NCBI GenBank assembly: GCA_964016885.1
Contig: OZ024745.1
Span: forward strand, 60,574,001 to 60,638,000
Source of the DNA: Eledone cirrhosa
Lineage: Eukaryota
Length of the DNA stretch: 64,000 nucleotides
Direction of reading: 5' to 3'
Numbering within the stretch: position 1 is the stretch's first letter; each line of letters starts with the position of its first letter. The notes beneath the pieces were generated by a model that saw only the letters and a list, made by a program, of their open reading frames with translations, ran no database searches and had not been told where the DNA came from. The position numbers and the translations under genes are program-made. Positions 40,060 to 52,739 of the stretch are shown here, piece by piece.

Positions 40060-40835
40060 CTAGCAGCAGTACCCAGCGTTGCCTGGGTAGGTAAAATAAT
40101 ATCTGCTTTGATGAAAAGGTGTTTCTTGAAAATCGGTCGTAAGGTGTAGCAAATGGCGAAATGTTGAGTGAAATCGTATGGAATATGTGGGAGGTGGAAA
40201 AAATCGTATTTTGAAGAGTTAAACGGCTGCCGCGCTGTCCCTGAACAAAAAATGCAAAGTGTAAAGCTATAAGATGTGCAATGATAGGTTCTATTGTAGA
40301 ATAAATGTTGAACCAAATAAATTGATTTATGTGTGAGGTGGTGCCGAAGTTTAAGACGTGAAATAATCAGATCTAGCGTAGTGTAAAATTTGAACAAAGT
40401 AGGTTGATTAATGTGTGAGCTAGAGCCGAAAAAGTGGAAATTCGAGTCTAAAAGTGGTATTTTTGAATATTTAAGCGGCTGCCACGCCGTCCCTAAACAA
40501 CAAAGGCAAAATATAAAGCCATTACAGGATGTGTAGTGATAAATTCTATTTTGCTTTAAAATTTGAACGAAATCGGTGGCAAAATGTGGGAGCTAGGGGC
40601 AAAAATCTTAATTTTCGATACCTAAAAAAGGGTGACCCCCCCCCCCATCGATTTTTATCTGCAGAATGACCCCGGAATAAAAAAAAAAAAAACGATACGC
40701 TGATATATAGAAAACACACCCCGATGACTAATCTATGAGCCTGTAAAGTTTCATGAAAATCGGTTGTAAGATGTAGGCCCCTATAGGTAATACACACACA
40801 CACACACACACACACTTAATTTTATATATATACAG
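40059..40835 (+). mobile_element. Non-autonomous Helitron/Helentron-like element (Lep1/DINE-1-type architecture)
   Basis: 5' ACTAGCAG..TACCCAGCGTTGCCTGGG hairpin, AAAGTTTCATGAAAATCGG, (CA)n and TTTTATATATA 3' end; relative at 47165-48152. Confidence 0.7.
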
Positions 40836-40979
40836 CTATATATATATGTCATTCAATTTTTAATTGATATATATATATATATATGCAGAGGTTATATTTA
40901 ATTTGTTAAGATTCAACAAGCTTTAAAATGTTTATAACTGATATAAAGCACTCAACAGCATAGTTGAGTAAATACACAA

Positions 40980-41330
40980 AATATTAATAAATGGAAACTA
41001 TATTTATAAAACCATATTTATTTTATTATATATATTTCAAGGGCAACCAAGGCAAATTATGGTGCGCTTTCATCAGATAAAATAGAGATTTGGTTTATAA
41101 ATAAATATTGACATACCCGGAAAAAAAGACAACATTAACGGTTAGAGCATCCAGGAAGCTCCAACCGTTAAGGTTATCTTTTTTTTCCGGGTATGTCAAT
41201 ATTTATTTATAAAACAAATCTGTATTTTATCTGATGAAAGCGCACCATAATTTGCCTTGGTTGCCCTTGAAATATATATAATAAAATAAATATGGTTTTA
41301 TAAATATAGTTTCCATTTATTAATATATTG
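40980..41330. ncRNA. Long fold-back (~165-bp arms) with two back-to-back hammerheads (family 2): 41019-41084 (-) and 41223-41288 (+)
   Basis: TATTTTAT-CTGATGA-AAGCGCACCA..TGGTTGCCCTT-GAAA-TATATA-TA-ATAAAATA is intact on both arms. Confidence 0.82.
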
Positions 41331-41547
41331 TATATATATATACAATCACTTTCTGTTGCTTAAACCATTTTGTTTGTTTACCCTAGCGTCCCCCTTATTT
41401 ACATGTCCCAACGACTTTTTTTAGCCGTTGCTCGCACCAACCTGAGGTATAGGCCTTTAATGCGACGAAATGCCTACGACGGTTGGAAGGCCACTGATGA
41501 GGACAAACTTTTTCATATGTAACCCATTTGCAGCGCCGCAGCTCCAT

Positions 41548-41632
<85 letters not shown>

Positions 41633-41668
41633 CATATATATGTATATATATATATATATAAATACATA

Positions 41669-41718
<50 letters not shown>

Positions 41719-41750
41719 CATATATATGTATATATATATATAAATACATA

Positions 41751-41809
<59 letters not shown>

Positions 41810-41895
41810 ATATATATAAATACATATATATGTATATATATATATATATATACTTAAATACATATATATATACATATATATATAGATATACTTAA

Positions 41896-41956
<61 letters not shown>

Positions 41957-41964
41957 TATAATAT

Positions 41965-42980
41965 ATAAGATCAAAAAGATGGTTAAAAGAGTTCCATGTA
42001 TTTTATTATGCGCATTTCAAAAACAAATATCATCATGCAATAATATTTGTGTTTTCATCAGATAAAATAGGAAGACATGATATGAAGGTTAAAAAACACT
42101 TGTGAATAGTGCAGTTTTAAATCAACATATGAAAAGTAGTTTTAGATTGATGTGTGATATTGTAAAAAAAAAAAAATTTATTGGGGGAGGGGGGGGGGTG
42201 GAAAGGATGAAAAAGAGGAGGAGATGAGAGTAAAAAGTGGAGGGGGAGGAGTATAATGAGGAAGGATGAGATAGGAGGAGAGATGGGTGATAGAGAGAGA
42301 GAGATAACTTTTATAACTGAGAAAAATATATTGTTTTACATAGAGAGGTTGAAAAACCGTTGGAAGATAATGTATGAATTAAAAGAATTTGAAAATTAAC
42401 GAAGAGAAAAATAATGTAAAGTTAAGGTTTGTATATTGAAGGGTTTAATAATATGTGCGATGAAAAGAAAATGTTAATATGTATTAAGAATAATATTTAA
42501 GGGTTTAATAATATGTGCGATGGAAAGAAAATGTTAATATGTATTAAGAATAATATTTAAGGGTTTAATAATATGTGCGATGGAAATAAAATGTTGATAT
42601 GTATTATTAAAAAAACAAAAGTAATGTAAGTAAGGATATATTGTGAGATGAGCATGAATAAGTTAGATGAAAGGGAGAAAAAAAAATGAATTGAGGATGA
42701 ATAATTTAACGTAAAAAAAAATGTGTTTATGTTTACAAAGGATTTTTTCAAGGTGATATGAAGAAAGAATATATTGTATTGTGTAATAATTGTTTCTATG
42801 TTAGGCACAGTGAGAAAAGGTACAGATTAGGGGTTAGAAATTAAAAGAAAAAGAAAAGAAAAGGAAAAGGAAGAAAGGGAAGTGATAAATAGGAGTGATA
42901 TAGAATGAGTAACAAGTATTATATAATGTATAATAAATAACTTTGAAATAAGGTAGAAAGATGGGTATATTTTTAAAGAA

Positions 42981-43024
<44 letters not shown>

Positions 43025-43476
43025 CTTTGAGAAAAGGATTCTAAATTGATAAAGTATTGGATATTAGCTGTATACTTTATGGAATGTTCTGTGGAATTTA
43101 TGCAAGCAGAGAGAAAACAAGTCAGTGCGTCTATTTATTATAGAATCTAAATTAGATATAATGGTAAATTTTTCATTTAGACAGAGATTGCAAGTCTTGG
43201 ATAGAGAACTGTTCAAGTAGAGAGAAGCAGAAGAAACCTTTTTCCAAGAGATGTTATATTTAATATTTTTGTCTTTCAAGGACCATATGAGTTCTGAGAG
43301 AGCCGTGTTGGTTCTTTTAAGTTGGTATTTAAAAGACGAATGATGATTATAAAGACGAGCTTTAAAGGAGGTGGAAGTGGAGCCAAAATAGGTGAAGGAA
43401 TTGGTGTCAAACTTTACATTCGTAGATTAAGTTTTTATCAAGACAATGGTTGTTGAGAGGACATTTATTTTTAATA
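41965..43476 (-). mobile_element. 5'-truncated Naiad-like PLE: GIY-YIG C-terminus, long 3' UTR, hammerhead at 41999-42069
   Basis: CPLNNHCLDKNLIYECKV / YFGSTSTSFKARLYNHHSSF...ALSELIWSLKDK..ISWK...CNLCLNEK...NRRTDLFSLCLH with one frameshift at ~43410; ends in (TA)n. Confidence 0.85.
42439..42606. repeat. 60-bp tandem repeat, ~2.8 copies, inside the PLE 3' UTR
   Basis: AAGGGTTTAATAATATGTGCGATG recurs at exact 60-bp spacing. Confidence 0.9.
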
Positions 43477-43740
43477 TATCGGGCGCTCTATCTCAAAATT
43501 ATTTTTGAAAAGCATTAGAAATGCGCAACCGGTAAAACTTAAAACCAAAACTGAATACTAACCAATACTATTACTAATTCTCACTTATTCCTAATTAAAC
43601 TATTTTTCACTGGGAACAATTTGTCAGCATTTTCTTTTCCGTTTACCAATATATATATATAATCAAGGTTTAGCATATATATATATATATATATAATCAA
43701 GGTTATATATATATATAATCAAGGTTATATATATATATAT

Positions 43741-43980
43741 TATAAAGAGACGGGACCTGAGAGCTGAGCTCTTGCCGTTTCAACAACTTGTTCCAGACTA
43801 TTTGCCAAAGGGCTTGGCAGTTTACTGGCTGTAACACCAGGTGTGGAACTGGCTGTTGAAACGGCATGAGCTCAGCCGTCGAGTCCCGACCCTTTATAAT
43901 ATAGACATATTCTAGTACCCCAAGTATCGAGTACTCTGTTGAGTGATGGTCTAACGGTTAGAGCATTACTCAACAGAGTA
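43741..43980. repeat. Fold-back element, family 4, with tail
   Basis: Inverted arms with GAAACGGCATGAGCTCAGCCGTC; tail CCAAGTATCGAGTACTC shared with 38117-38133 (-) and ~46180-46195. Confidence 0.7.
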
Positions 43981-44689
43981 AATTCTAGTCATCCTTAACA
44001 AGACCTTATTTACAACCTATAATAATTGTTTCTACTTTAGGCACAAGGCCAACAAATACCCAGTGCATTACTGGTACTTTATTTTATCGACCCCGTAAGG
44101 ATGAAAGGCAAAGTCAACCTCGGCGGGATTTGATAATGCTTTCTTATAACATGGCATAATGCCACTCACTGGAGGGAACATTTGGAGTTCTTTGAATGGG
44201 TTGACATATATTGTTTGGTATTTATTTTATCGACTATGGACAGACAAATAGATATTTTCCTTTCAAATTTATCCACCAAAACGGACAGAAACAAAACAAA
44301 AAGCATCGACCTTTAATTTTGTAGATTTAAAGTATTTGTTTAATTATATCAGATTCAAATGTTCCCATTTATTAATCCGAGCTCTATTAAGCTAGTAACA
44401 AATTTGATAACAATTCAAATAGTTTTAGTCATTTGAATTGTAAAATTAGGTTTGTGTCTTCTTAAACGAAATCACAATTATATCGATATAAACATTGCAT
44501 CTAGCCATCACTCGTAGCAATGCTGCGAGCGTGTTGGCTTGCCTCAAAGTGTTTAGTTAACCCTTATGATGTAAAGCTATTATATTATTTCAACTTTATT
44601 ATCAACTCCCACTATAACGTAGGCAGGAGGCTGCAGTATTTCAGACTATTCAACAGAATTCGTAATATAATTGGCTTGTCTCCCCACAG

Positions 44690-45900
44690 CTCCGGCGGAC
44701 AGAATAGAGAAGGTTTTTCCCCGGGGGACGACAAGGGAGACGCGCTGGAAAAGCCACTCCAACTCTCGGGGCTCACACCTGCGGCTGGCCAGCTCAGCGC
44801 CTATGGCGGTGAGTAGGGAGGTAGCCCTAGGGTCGAGGACACCAGAAGTCTCCACTGCCAAAGGTACAACCGCAAACCTGTCGGAGAGCGACCGGTATTT
44901 GAAGAGTTTGGCCTCCTCAGCCCGACGTGCAGCAGAACCTGGCTTAGTCGCAGACTGCACCAGGTTGCGGCTGCAGAAAGTGTCGGTGCAAGTGGCGTCC
45001 CAGACGAGGGGTTTGCCACCGCGGAACGGGAAGATGGTCATGCTATCTGGCCTTTTGCCGTCCCCTCCAGCTGGGAAGAGAAGCCTGCAGCGTCCAAGTC
45101 ATGCTTTATGACCTCGTTGAAGGCAGCATGGCGTGGAAGGCGGCCGACACTGTGGCGACAGGAAAGCGGGTGGAGACCGAGCCTCAAGAAGGAAACGCCG
45201 ATGCGCAGTCTATTGTTATCTAGCTGCGTGCCAGTGGAGAATGATGGCAGGGCATGGAGCCAGGCACCACTGTGGGGTTTGGAGGCCGTACGAAAAGAGG
45301 CAAGGCGGTGTTGGTCGAGCTGGCGCATGAGCCTGGCTGAAGCCAGGCTGCACTGGATGGCATCCAAAGTGCTTTGGGGGGACCTGACGTCAGCAGGGGG
45401 AGAAGGAGGAGGGACGTCTACTGGGCTAAGTCCCAACCGGTCCCAACAGGCGGCCTCACGTTCTCTGAACACAGAGGGTTCTATTGTGTTTTGGAGAACC
45501 CTGCTGACGAGGACGCGGCATGAGGTTACTGACGAAAGAAACGCCGTCAAAGCCAGTGAGATCGGGGATCGGAGGCCAAGGCCGCCATACCTGACAGGTA
45601 AAGTGGCCTGTTGCCATCCAATGTCGTCAAACCTGACGTTGAATATCTCCTCGGCTGCTGCTCGGATACAAGTATCGAGGTCAGCGAGGAGAGATGTGTG
45701 GGTGCAGCACGGAGCGCTGCGAAGGGTATATCGATTTATCGCACTTGGTGGTAAATTGGGCCCTCCCCCCTCACTTTCCTTCTTTTTTATGTTTTTTTAT
45801 ATCTCTTTTATGCGTTTATATTTGTATATATATGTGTTTGTGTTTTCGTTCTGTAAGCATTGTATTATTATATTTTTATACAACTGTGAATAAAAAGATA
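44690..45900 (-). mobile_element. CRE-like non-LTR retrotransposon remnant with restriction-like endonuclease; 3' UTR in opposite orientation
   Basis: - strand: QATLPVRYGGLGLR, SGAWLHALP, RHAAFNEVI, KRPDSMTIFPF..PLVWDATC, AEEAKLFKY, PLAVETSG, LFQRVSL. 45745-45900 is a + strand UTR with AATAAA. Confidence 0.85.
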
Positions 45901-46043
45901 TTTTTCATTCATTTCATATATAAAGTATTTATGCTTTAATATACACCTTATACCTGTCAATATATTTATACATGCATAAATTAAAACAATTTATTTATTT
46001 TAAAGTAGAATTATTGATATATTGATATATATATATATATATA

Positions 46044-46164
46044 TAATGGGAACGAGTAGGACCCCGACGGCTGAGCTCAAGCCGTTTCGACGGCTAATTC
46101 TGAGTCCAGAATTAGCCGTCGTACGGCTTGAGCTCAGCCGTCGGGGTCCTACTCGTTCCCATTA
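46044..46164. repeat. Near-perfect ~120-bp palindrome, family 4
   Basis: TAATGGGAACGAGTAGGACCCCGACGGCTGAGCTCAAGCCGT...AATTCTG-AGTC-CAGAATT...CCCATTA with one arm mismatch; between (TA)n tracts. Confidence 0.9.
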
Positions 46165-46238
46165 CCCACTCTACAACCCTAAGTATTGAGTACTTTGGTG
46201 CGTTATGGTCCACCTGGTTCCTTACCACATTTCCTTCG

Positions 46239-46398
<160 letters not shown>

Positions 46399-46635
46399 CC
46401 CTTCTAACAAGAACGAACGAATTAATCAATTGCAAAAAAAAAAACGTAAAATACAAAACGTACACTGATTAATAATTCAAGTTAGACTACTCTGTATAGT
46501 ACCATTGATTATTACATTAGTCTTTCAAAGATTATCTTTCTTATTTGCTACATATGTTTAAGCGAAGAAAACTAGTTCTTTGAGTATGCATAATAGCATT
46601 GAATGAACATACGTATTCGTATATGAAAACATATA

Positions 46636-46988
46636 CGGTTGTCCCCCGGTATTCGCGGGGGTTACGTTCCTAGAACACCCGCAAAGAGTGGGAAACCGCG
46701 ACATAGGATGTGGTCCATAAACATGTCTATGAACGTCAAAATATAACGTAAAATTTAATTTAAAAAAAAGTCTTATGCGAAGGGGCTTTCAATAGGTCGG
46801 CAAATAGGGTATATTGTTATTAGTAAGTTAGCGTTAAAAAAATGTATATTGCCACGAAAAAAGCCATTAAAAATCGTGGAAGTTATTTACGACTCCGCGA
46901 ATATGCGGTGATTTCTACGAATAATTATTAGTTAAGTTCTAAGGAAATTTCTGAGAATAACCGGGACCGCGAATGTCAGGGTACACTG
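46636..46988. mobile_element. Tc1/mariner (pogo/Tigger-like) MITE
   Basis: Imperfect TIRs CGGTTGTCCCCCGGTATTCGCGG / CCGCGAATGTCAGGGTACACTG with TA on both sides. Confidence 0.7.
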
Positions 46989-47164
46989 TATATGTTAAGT
47001 ATATATATCTTAAGTATTGTCATTTGGTACTTGGTAAGAGTAATTAGACTCATACCAAGCTAGAGATGGCCCTCTTCTGATTATCGAGCATCACTTGGTA
47101 TCGATACCCCTAGTCTTTCTATATATTTTAAAACTTTACTAAGATTGTAACATTTTTATTACTT

Positions 47165-47809
47165 ACTAGCAGTGGTACCCGGCGTTGCACGGGATAAGGT
47201 ATTTTGGAACGCGGGCCGCCAATAGACCTAAAAACTGCATGCCTGGACAATATGTAAAGAAAATAAATCGAATACTCTGATCATCAGAGTATTCGGTTTA
47301 TTTTCTTTATCAAGATTATCTAGCCATCAGAGTCTGATGACTGGATAATCTTTAAGATTTTCCTCGATGAAGCAGGAAAAATGCAGGTTTTCACCTAATG
47401 CGGGCCCTAGGGGATCAAGAAAATGAATTTTTTTTTATGTGCATAATATGCCTTGAAATTTCGGGAAAATCGGCTAGACGTAACGCCTCCAAAAAGCCCT
47501 AAGAAGCTGAAAAAATGCAGGTTTTCACCTAATGCTAGGCCATAAGAAAGTTGGATTTTCTTTGCTTACGGTATGAAGAAGAGACTGACTAATACATAGT
47601 TACAATATCAAGGAAATCGGTCTGACGTAACGCCTCAAAAAATCCCTAAAAATGTTAAACAACGCAGTTTTTCACCTAATGCGGTGATAAAAAAGGAGAT
47701 AAAAAAGTTGAATTTGTTTATGTGCATAACACTCCCTGAAACATAAGTAATACACATGTAAAGTTTGAAAAAAATCGGTTGGGTACTTCTTGAGTTTTAG
47801 GGATCCAAA

Positions 47810-47847
<38 letters not shown>

Positions 47848-48152
47848 TCCTCAAGGAAGTGACGTAATGCAGACAGACAGACATACAGACAGAAATTATA
47901 AGGGCGCGACGTTATAAGTATGTATCTATCTAAAAAGAGAAAGACTAAGAATTATAGAGCGAGATCGCTAAATCGCCTAATGTGGTCCCTGGGGAATAGA
48001 AAATTTGAATTTTTCTTTGCTCAGAACACTCCCTGAAACATAGAGTATTACATGTGTAAAGTTTGAAAACAGTCGGTTGGGTGCTTCTCGAGTTTTAGGG
48101 ATTCGAACTCACACACACACAGACAGACATCCTCAGTTTTATATATATAGAT
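47165..48152 (+). mobile_element. Non-autonomous Helitron/Helentron-like element with internal repeats and duplicated 3' module
   Basis: ACTAGCAGTGGTACCCGGCGTTGCACGGG start; three TTTTCACCTAATGC units; the AAAGTTTGAAAA..TCGGTTGGGT..(CA)n module occurs twice; ends TTTTATATATATAGAT. Confidence 0.72.
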
Positions 48153-48700
48153 GGTTATTTCAGTGGAACATTTAATTAGATAGGCAAAAGTTGTTTTATT
48201 ATTTATAGGTAGGGCGTTGGATTGGCAAAATCGGTAGAGCGTCGAGAAAATACTTTGCGGTATTTGTTCTGGCTTCATGTCCGGTCGAGGTTTATTTTGC
48301 CTTTTATCCTTCTGAGGTCTATAGTATAAAGTACCAGTCAAGTACAGGAGTCGACATAATCGACTTTCCTTTTCCCCAAAATTGTCGGCTTGTGCCTGAA
48401 TAAAAAAACGAACAAAATATTATCTATAGATAACAAGACATCGTAAATAAGAACACAGTAAGTTTCAGAATTGTTAAAGAGCCAGATTAATGCATTTGAT
48501 ATGTTCCTTGAGTTCAAAACTTTCGTTGTTAAAAAACATTGGTTGCTACAATCAGTACCAGTCACATAATAGGGTGGCTTTAATGGACGTATTTATGATA
48601 AGTACAAAAATTCAGTAACACATTTATATACGTTAAATTTGATATTTAAAATCGGTCAGCTCGTCTTAGTATAGTGGTTCTGTTATCTGGTATACAGATG

Positions 48701-49181
48701 TGTAGCGCTCTCTAGACAAGGGAAGTAGCTAGAGGTACTTCCCGTCGAAAGTCTAGAACCCTCTTTGTAACTTCCGGAAAGAAGATATAAATAGCGGCAA
48801 CGCAATCAAGCTCTTTTGGCGCCTTCCTTCGAATTGACAACACTGAAGACAAGCATGTTAACTTTTCTCTAACCACCTATCATGGATCTGGACTATACCT
48901 AATTATGTACGAGAATATTTGTTTACAACAATTATAACATGGAGCTACAATAAAATGAAGACTTATATTTGATACTCGTTCTGGGAAATTGCTTACGTTT
49001 TATCATTACCTTTGTAATGGGAATTAACTCTCATTCGACATGGTGTTATGTAAAAATATCTTATCCTTTTCTTTATCAAATTTAGTATTTAGTTTCCGGT
49101 GACATTTACTCGAGTAAATAACCCTGGGTCTAGCAGAACACTAAAATGGTGACCCTGATGGAGTGAAACACCAAACACTAA
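48701..49181 (+). mobile_element. LTR retrotransposon remnant: LTR + tRNA-Trp-like PBS
   Basis: Starts TGTAGCG, has TATAAATA and AATAAA, ends CACTAAA, then TGGTGACCCTGATG at 49147-49160; AGATG on both flanks. Confidence 0.6.
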
Positions 49182-49182
49182 A

Positions 49183-51609
49183 GATGTCTTGTGTGGTTAT
49201 CTGATATACAATAGATGTCTTATGTAGTTGTCTGATATACAACAGATGTCTTGTGTAGTTGTCTAGCATCAGCAGATGTCCTGTGTGGCTGTCTAATATA
49301 CAGCAGATATTCCTGTGTGGTTGTCTGATATACAGCAGATGTCCTGTGTGGTTGTCTGATATACAGTAGATGTCCTGTGTGGTTGTCTGATATACAGCAG
49401 ATATCCTGTGTGGTTGTCTGATATACAGCAGATGTCCTGTGTGGTTGTCTAATATACAGCAGATATCTTGTGTGGTTGTCTGATATACAGCAGATATCTT
49501 GTGTGGTTGTCTGATATACAGCAGATATTCTTGTGTGGTTGTCTGATATACAACAGATGTCCTATGAGTTTGTCTGATATACACCAGATGTCCTGTATGG
49601 TTGTCTGATATACAGCAGATATCTTGTGTGGTTGTCTGATATACAGCAGATATCCTGTGTGGTTGTCTGATATACAGCAGATATTCTTGTGTGGTTGTCT
49701 GATATACAACAGATGTCCTATGAGTTTGTCTGATATACACCAGATGTCCTGTATGGTTGTCTGATATACAGCAGATATCTTATGTGGTTGTCTGATATAC
49801 AACAGATGTCCTATGAGTTTGTCTGATATACACCAGATGTCCTGTGTGGTTGTCTGATATACAGCAGATATCCTGTGTGGTTGTCTGATATACAGCAGAT
49901 GTCCTGTGTGGTTGTCTGATATACACCAGATGTCCTGTGTGGTTGTCTAATATACAGCAGATGTCTTGTGTGGTTGTCTGATATACAGCAGATGTCCTGT
50001 GTGGTTGTCTGATATACAGCAGATGTCCTGTGTGGTTGTCTGATATACAGCAGATGTCCTGTGTGGTTGTCTGATATACACCAGATGTCCTGTGTGGTTG
50101 ACTGATATACACCAGATGGTCTGTATGGTTGTCTGATATACAGCAGATGTCCTGTGTGGTTGTCTGATATACAGCAGATGTCCTGTGTGGTTGTCTGATA
50201 TACACCAGATGTCCTGTGTGGTTGTCTGATATACACCAGATGTCCTGTGTGGTTGACTGATATACACCAGATGTCCTGTATGGTTGTCTGATATACAGCA
50301 GATGTCCTGTGTGGTTGTCTGATATACAGCAGATGTCCTGTGTGGTTGTCTGATATACACCAGATGTCCTGTGTGGTTGTCTGATATACAGCAGATGTCC
50401 TGTGTGGTTGTCTGATATACAGCAGATGTCCTGTGTGATTGTCTGATATACACCAGATGTCCTGTGTGGTTGTCTAATATACAGCAGATGTCTTGTGTGG
50501 TTGTCTGATATACAGCAGATGTCCTGTGTGATTGTCTGATATACAGCAGATATCTTGTGTGGTTGTCTGATATACAGCAGATATTCTTGTGTGGTTGTCT
50601 GATATACAACAGATGTCCTATGAGTTTGTCTGATATACACCAGATGTCCTGTATGGTTGTCTGATATACAGCAGATATCTTGTGTGGTTGTCTGATATAC
50701 AGCAGATATCCTGTGTGGTTGTCTGATATACAGCAGATATTCTTGTGTGGTTGTCTGATATACAACAGATGTCCTATGAGTTTGTCTGATATACACCAGA
50801 TGTCCTGTATGGTTGTCTGATATACAGCAGATATCTTATGTGGTTGTCTGATATACAACAGATGTCCTATGAGTTTGTCTGATATACACCAGATGTCCTG
50901 TGTGGTTGTCTGATATACAGCAGATATCCTGTGTGGTTGTCTGATATACAGCAGATGTCCTGTGTGGTTGTCTGATATACACCAGATGTCCTGTGTGGTT
51001 GTCTAATATACAGCAGATGTCTTGTGTGGTTGTCTGATATACAGCAGATGTCCTGTGTGGTTGTCTGATATACAGCAGATGTCCTGTGTGGTTGTCTGAT
51101 ATACAGCAGATGTCCTGTGTGGTTGTCTGATATACACCAGATGTCCTGTGTGGTTGACTGATATACACCAGATGGTCTGTATGGTTGTCTGATATACAGC
51201 AGATGTCCTGTGTGGTTGTCTGATATACAGCAGATGTCCTGTGTGGTTGTCTGATATACACCAGATGTTCTGTGTGGTTGTCTGATATACACCAGATGTC
51301 CTGTGTGGTTGACTGATATACACCAGATGTCCTGTATGGTTGTCTGATATACAGCAGATGTCCTGTGTGGTTGTCTGATATACAGCAGATGTCCTGTGTG
51401 GTTGTCTGATATACACCAGATGTCCTGTGTGGTTGTCTGATATACAGCAGATGTCCTGTGTGGTTGTCTGATATACAGCAGATGCCCTGTGTGATTGTCT
51501 GATATACACCAGATGTCCTGTGTGGTTGTCTAATATACAGCAGATGTCTTGTGTGGTTGTCTGATATACAGCAGATGTCCTGTGTGATTGTCTGATATAC
51601 AGCAGATAT
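49183..51609. repeat. 31-bp minisatellite (~78 units) with a 1056-bp higher-order duplication
   Basis: Unit GATGTCCTGTGTGGTTGTCTGATATACAGCA; identical 141-aa pseudo-ORFs at 49811-50236 and 50867-51292 give the 1056-bp offset. Confidence 0.97.
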
Positions 51610-52020
51610 GCACTTCACTTCTCACAGATGGTACTTTCACATTTTTTCCAAACATATATAGCTTCTTTATAAACATATCATTTAAGTTTGGCCCAATAGG
51701 CGTGAAATTTAAAAAGGAAAACTGAAATGAAAACAGGTATACATCATCAGCCCTACCACCACCACCACCACATTTGGCATGGTTTGTACAGCTGAGTGCC
51801 CTTCCTAATGCTAACCTCTTCATGGTGTGTATCAGGTGCAATTTATTGTGGCACTGCTATTACAACTTAACAGGGTAGACTGAGTGATTTTATCAATCAT
51901 ATTCTCCATTTATACAATAGATTAATGTTGTTCTTTATGGATCACAAACAATATTTTTATACAAAAAGATTTGTTGAAGATTATCCCTTAATTATAAATA
52001 ATTATATTCCCTATAATAAA

Positions 52021-52135
52021 GGCACGTGGCTTAGTGGTTAGAGTGTTGGATTCACAATTGTGAGGTTGCGAGTTCAATTCTTGGAACGGGTGATGCATTG
52101 TGTCCTTGAACAAGACACTTTACTTCACATTTCTC
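52021..52135 (+). mobile_element. SINE family A-like head
   Basis: GGCACGTGGCTTAGTGGTTAGAG, GAGTTCAATTC, TCCTTGAACAAGACACTT. Confidence 0.75.
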
Positions 52136-52739
52136 CTTCTGCCAGGAGTTGCGACTGGTAGATAGTATCAGCAATGGTCCACCCCACTCGGCAAGCAAAT
52201 GAGGTCTGGGATCTTGTCGATCGATCAGAGCAAGATATTCTATATTAAATATTTATCTGTTAATAAATATATGTACACAGTATGGCTAAGTTCACTTGGT
52301 AATCAGTAGGTCCTGGGTTTGATCTCACTGTGTGGCATCATTTACCATATCCCCAGGTTGCCCCATGCATTGTGAGTGAAATTAGGTGAACAGAAATTAT
52401 TTGGATGAGCTGTACCTGTAATTTAATGGACCAACCCTTGTCACACACAATATCATGCTGAATCTCTCTGAGACTTGCATTAAAAACACACATCATTGTT
52501 GAATGCTCAGCCACTTTATGAGCCAGCCGTTCTGTTGATCAAACAACTAGAACACTCATTGTCAAAACCAATAGAAGTCTACTCCATTGATAAATATAAC
52601 TATCTGTTCATTTGATGATTCCTCTCATTTGAGCTAAAGATAGATATTTCTGTTTGCATTTGGTGCCTTGGTAAATTGATAGAGTCTTTAGGGTGTTTGA
52701 ACAATGTGCATCAATGTGCATATATGGTGTTTGAACCAG

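Noticed and set aside
41440-41510. Possible hammerhead around CCACTGATGAGGAC
   Set aside because: No downstream GAAA, and the upstream CGAAA gives no pairing stem II.
49141-51618. Periodic Cys/His-containing ORFs, or a CRISPR-like array, in the 31-bp repeat
   Set aside because: Units are head-to-tail with no unique spacers and no cas genes; the ORFs are overlapping by-products of the repeat.
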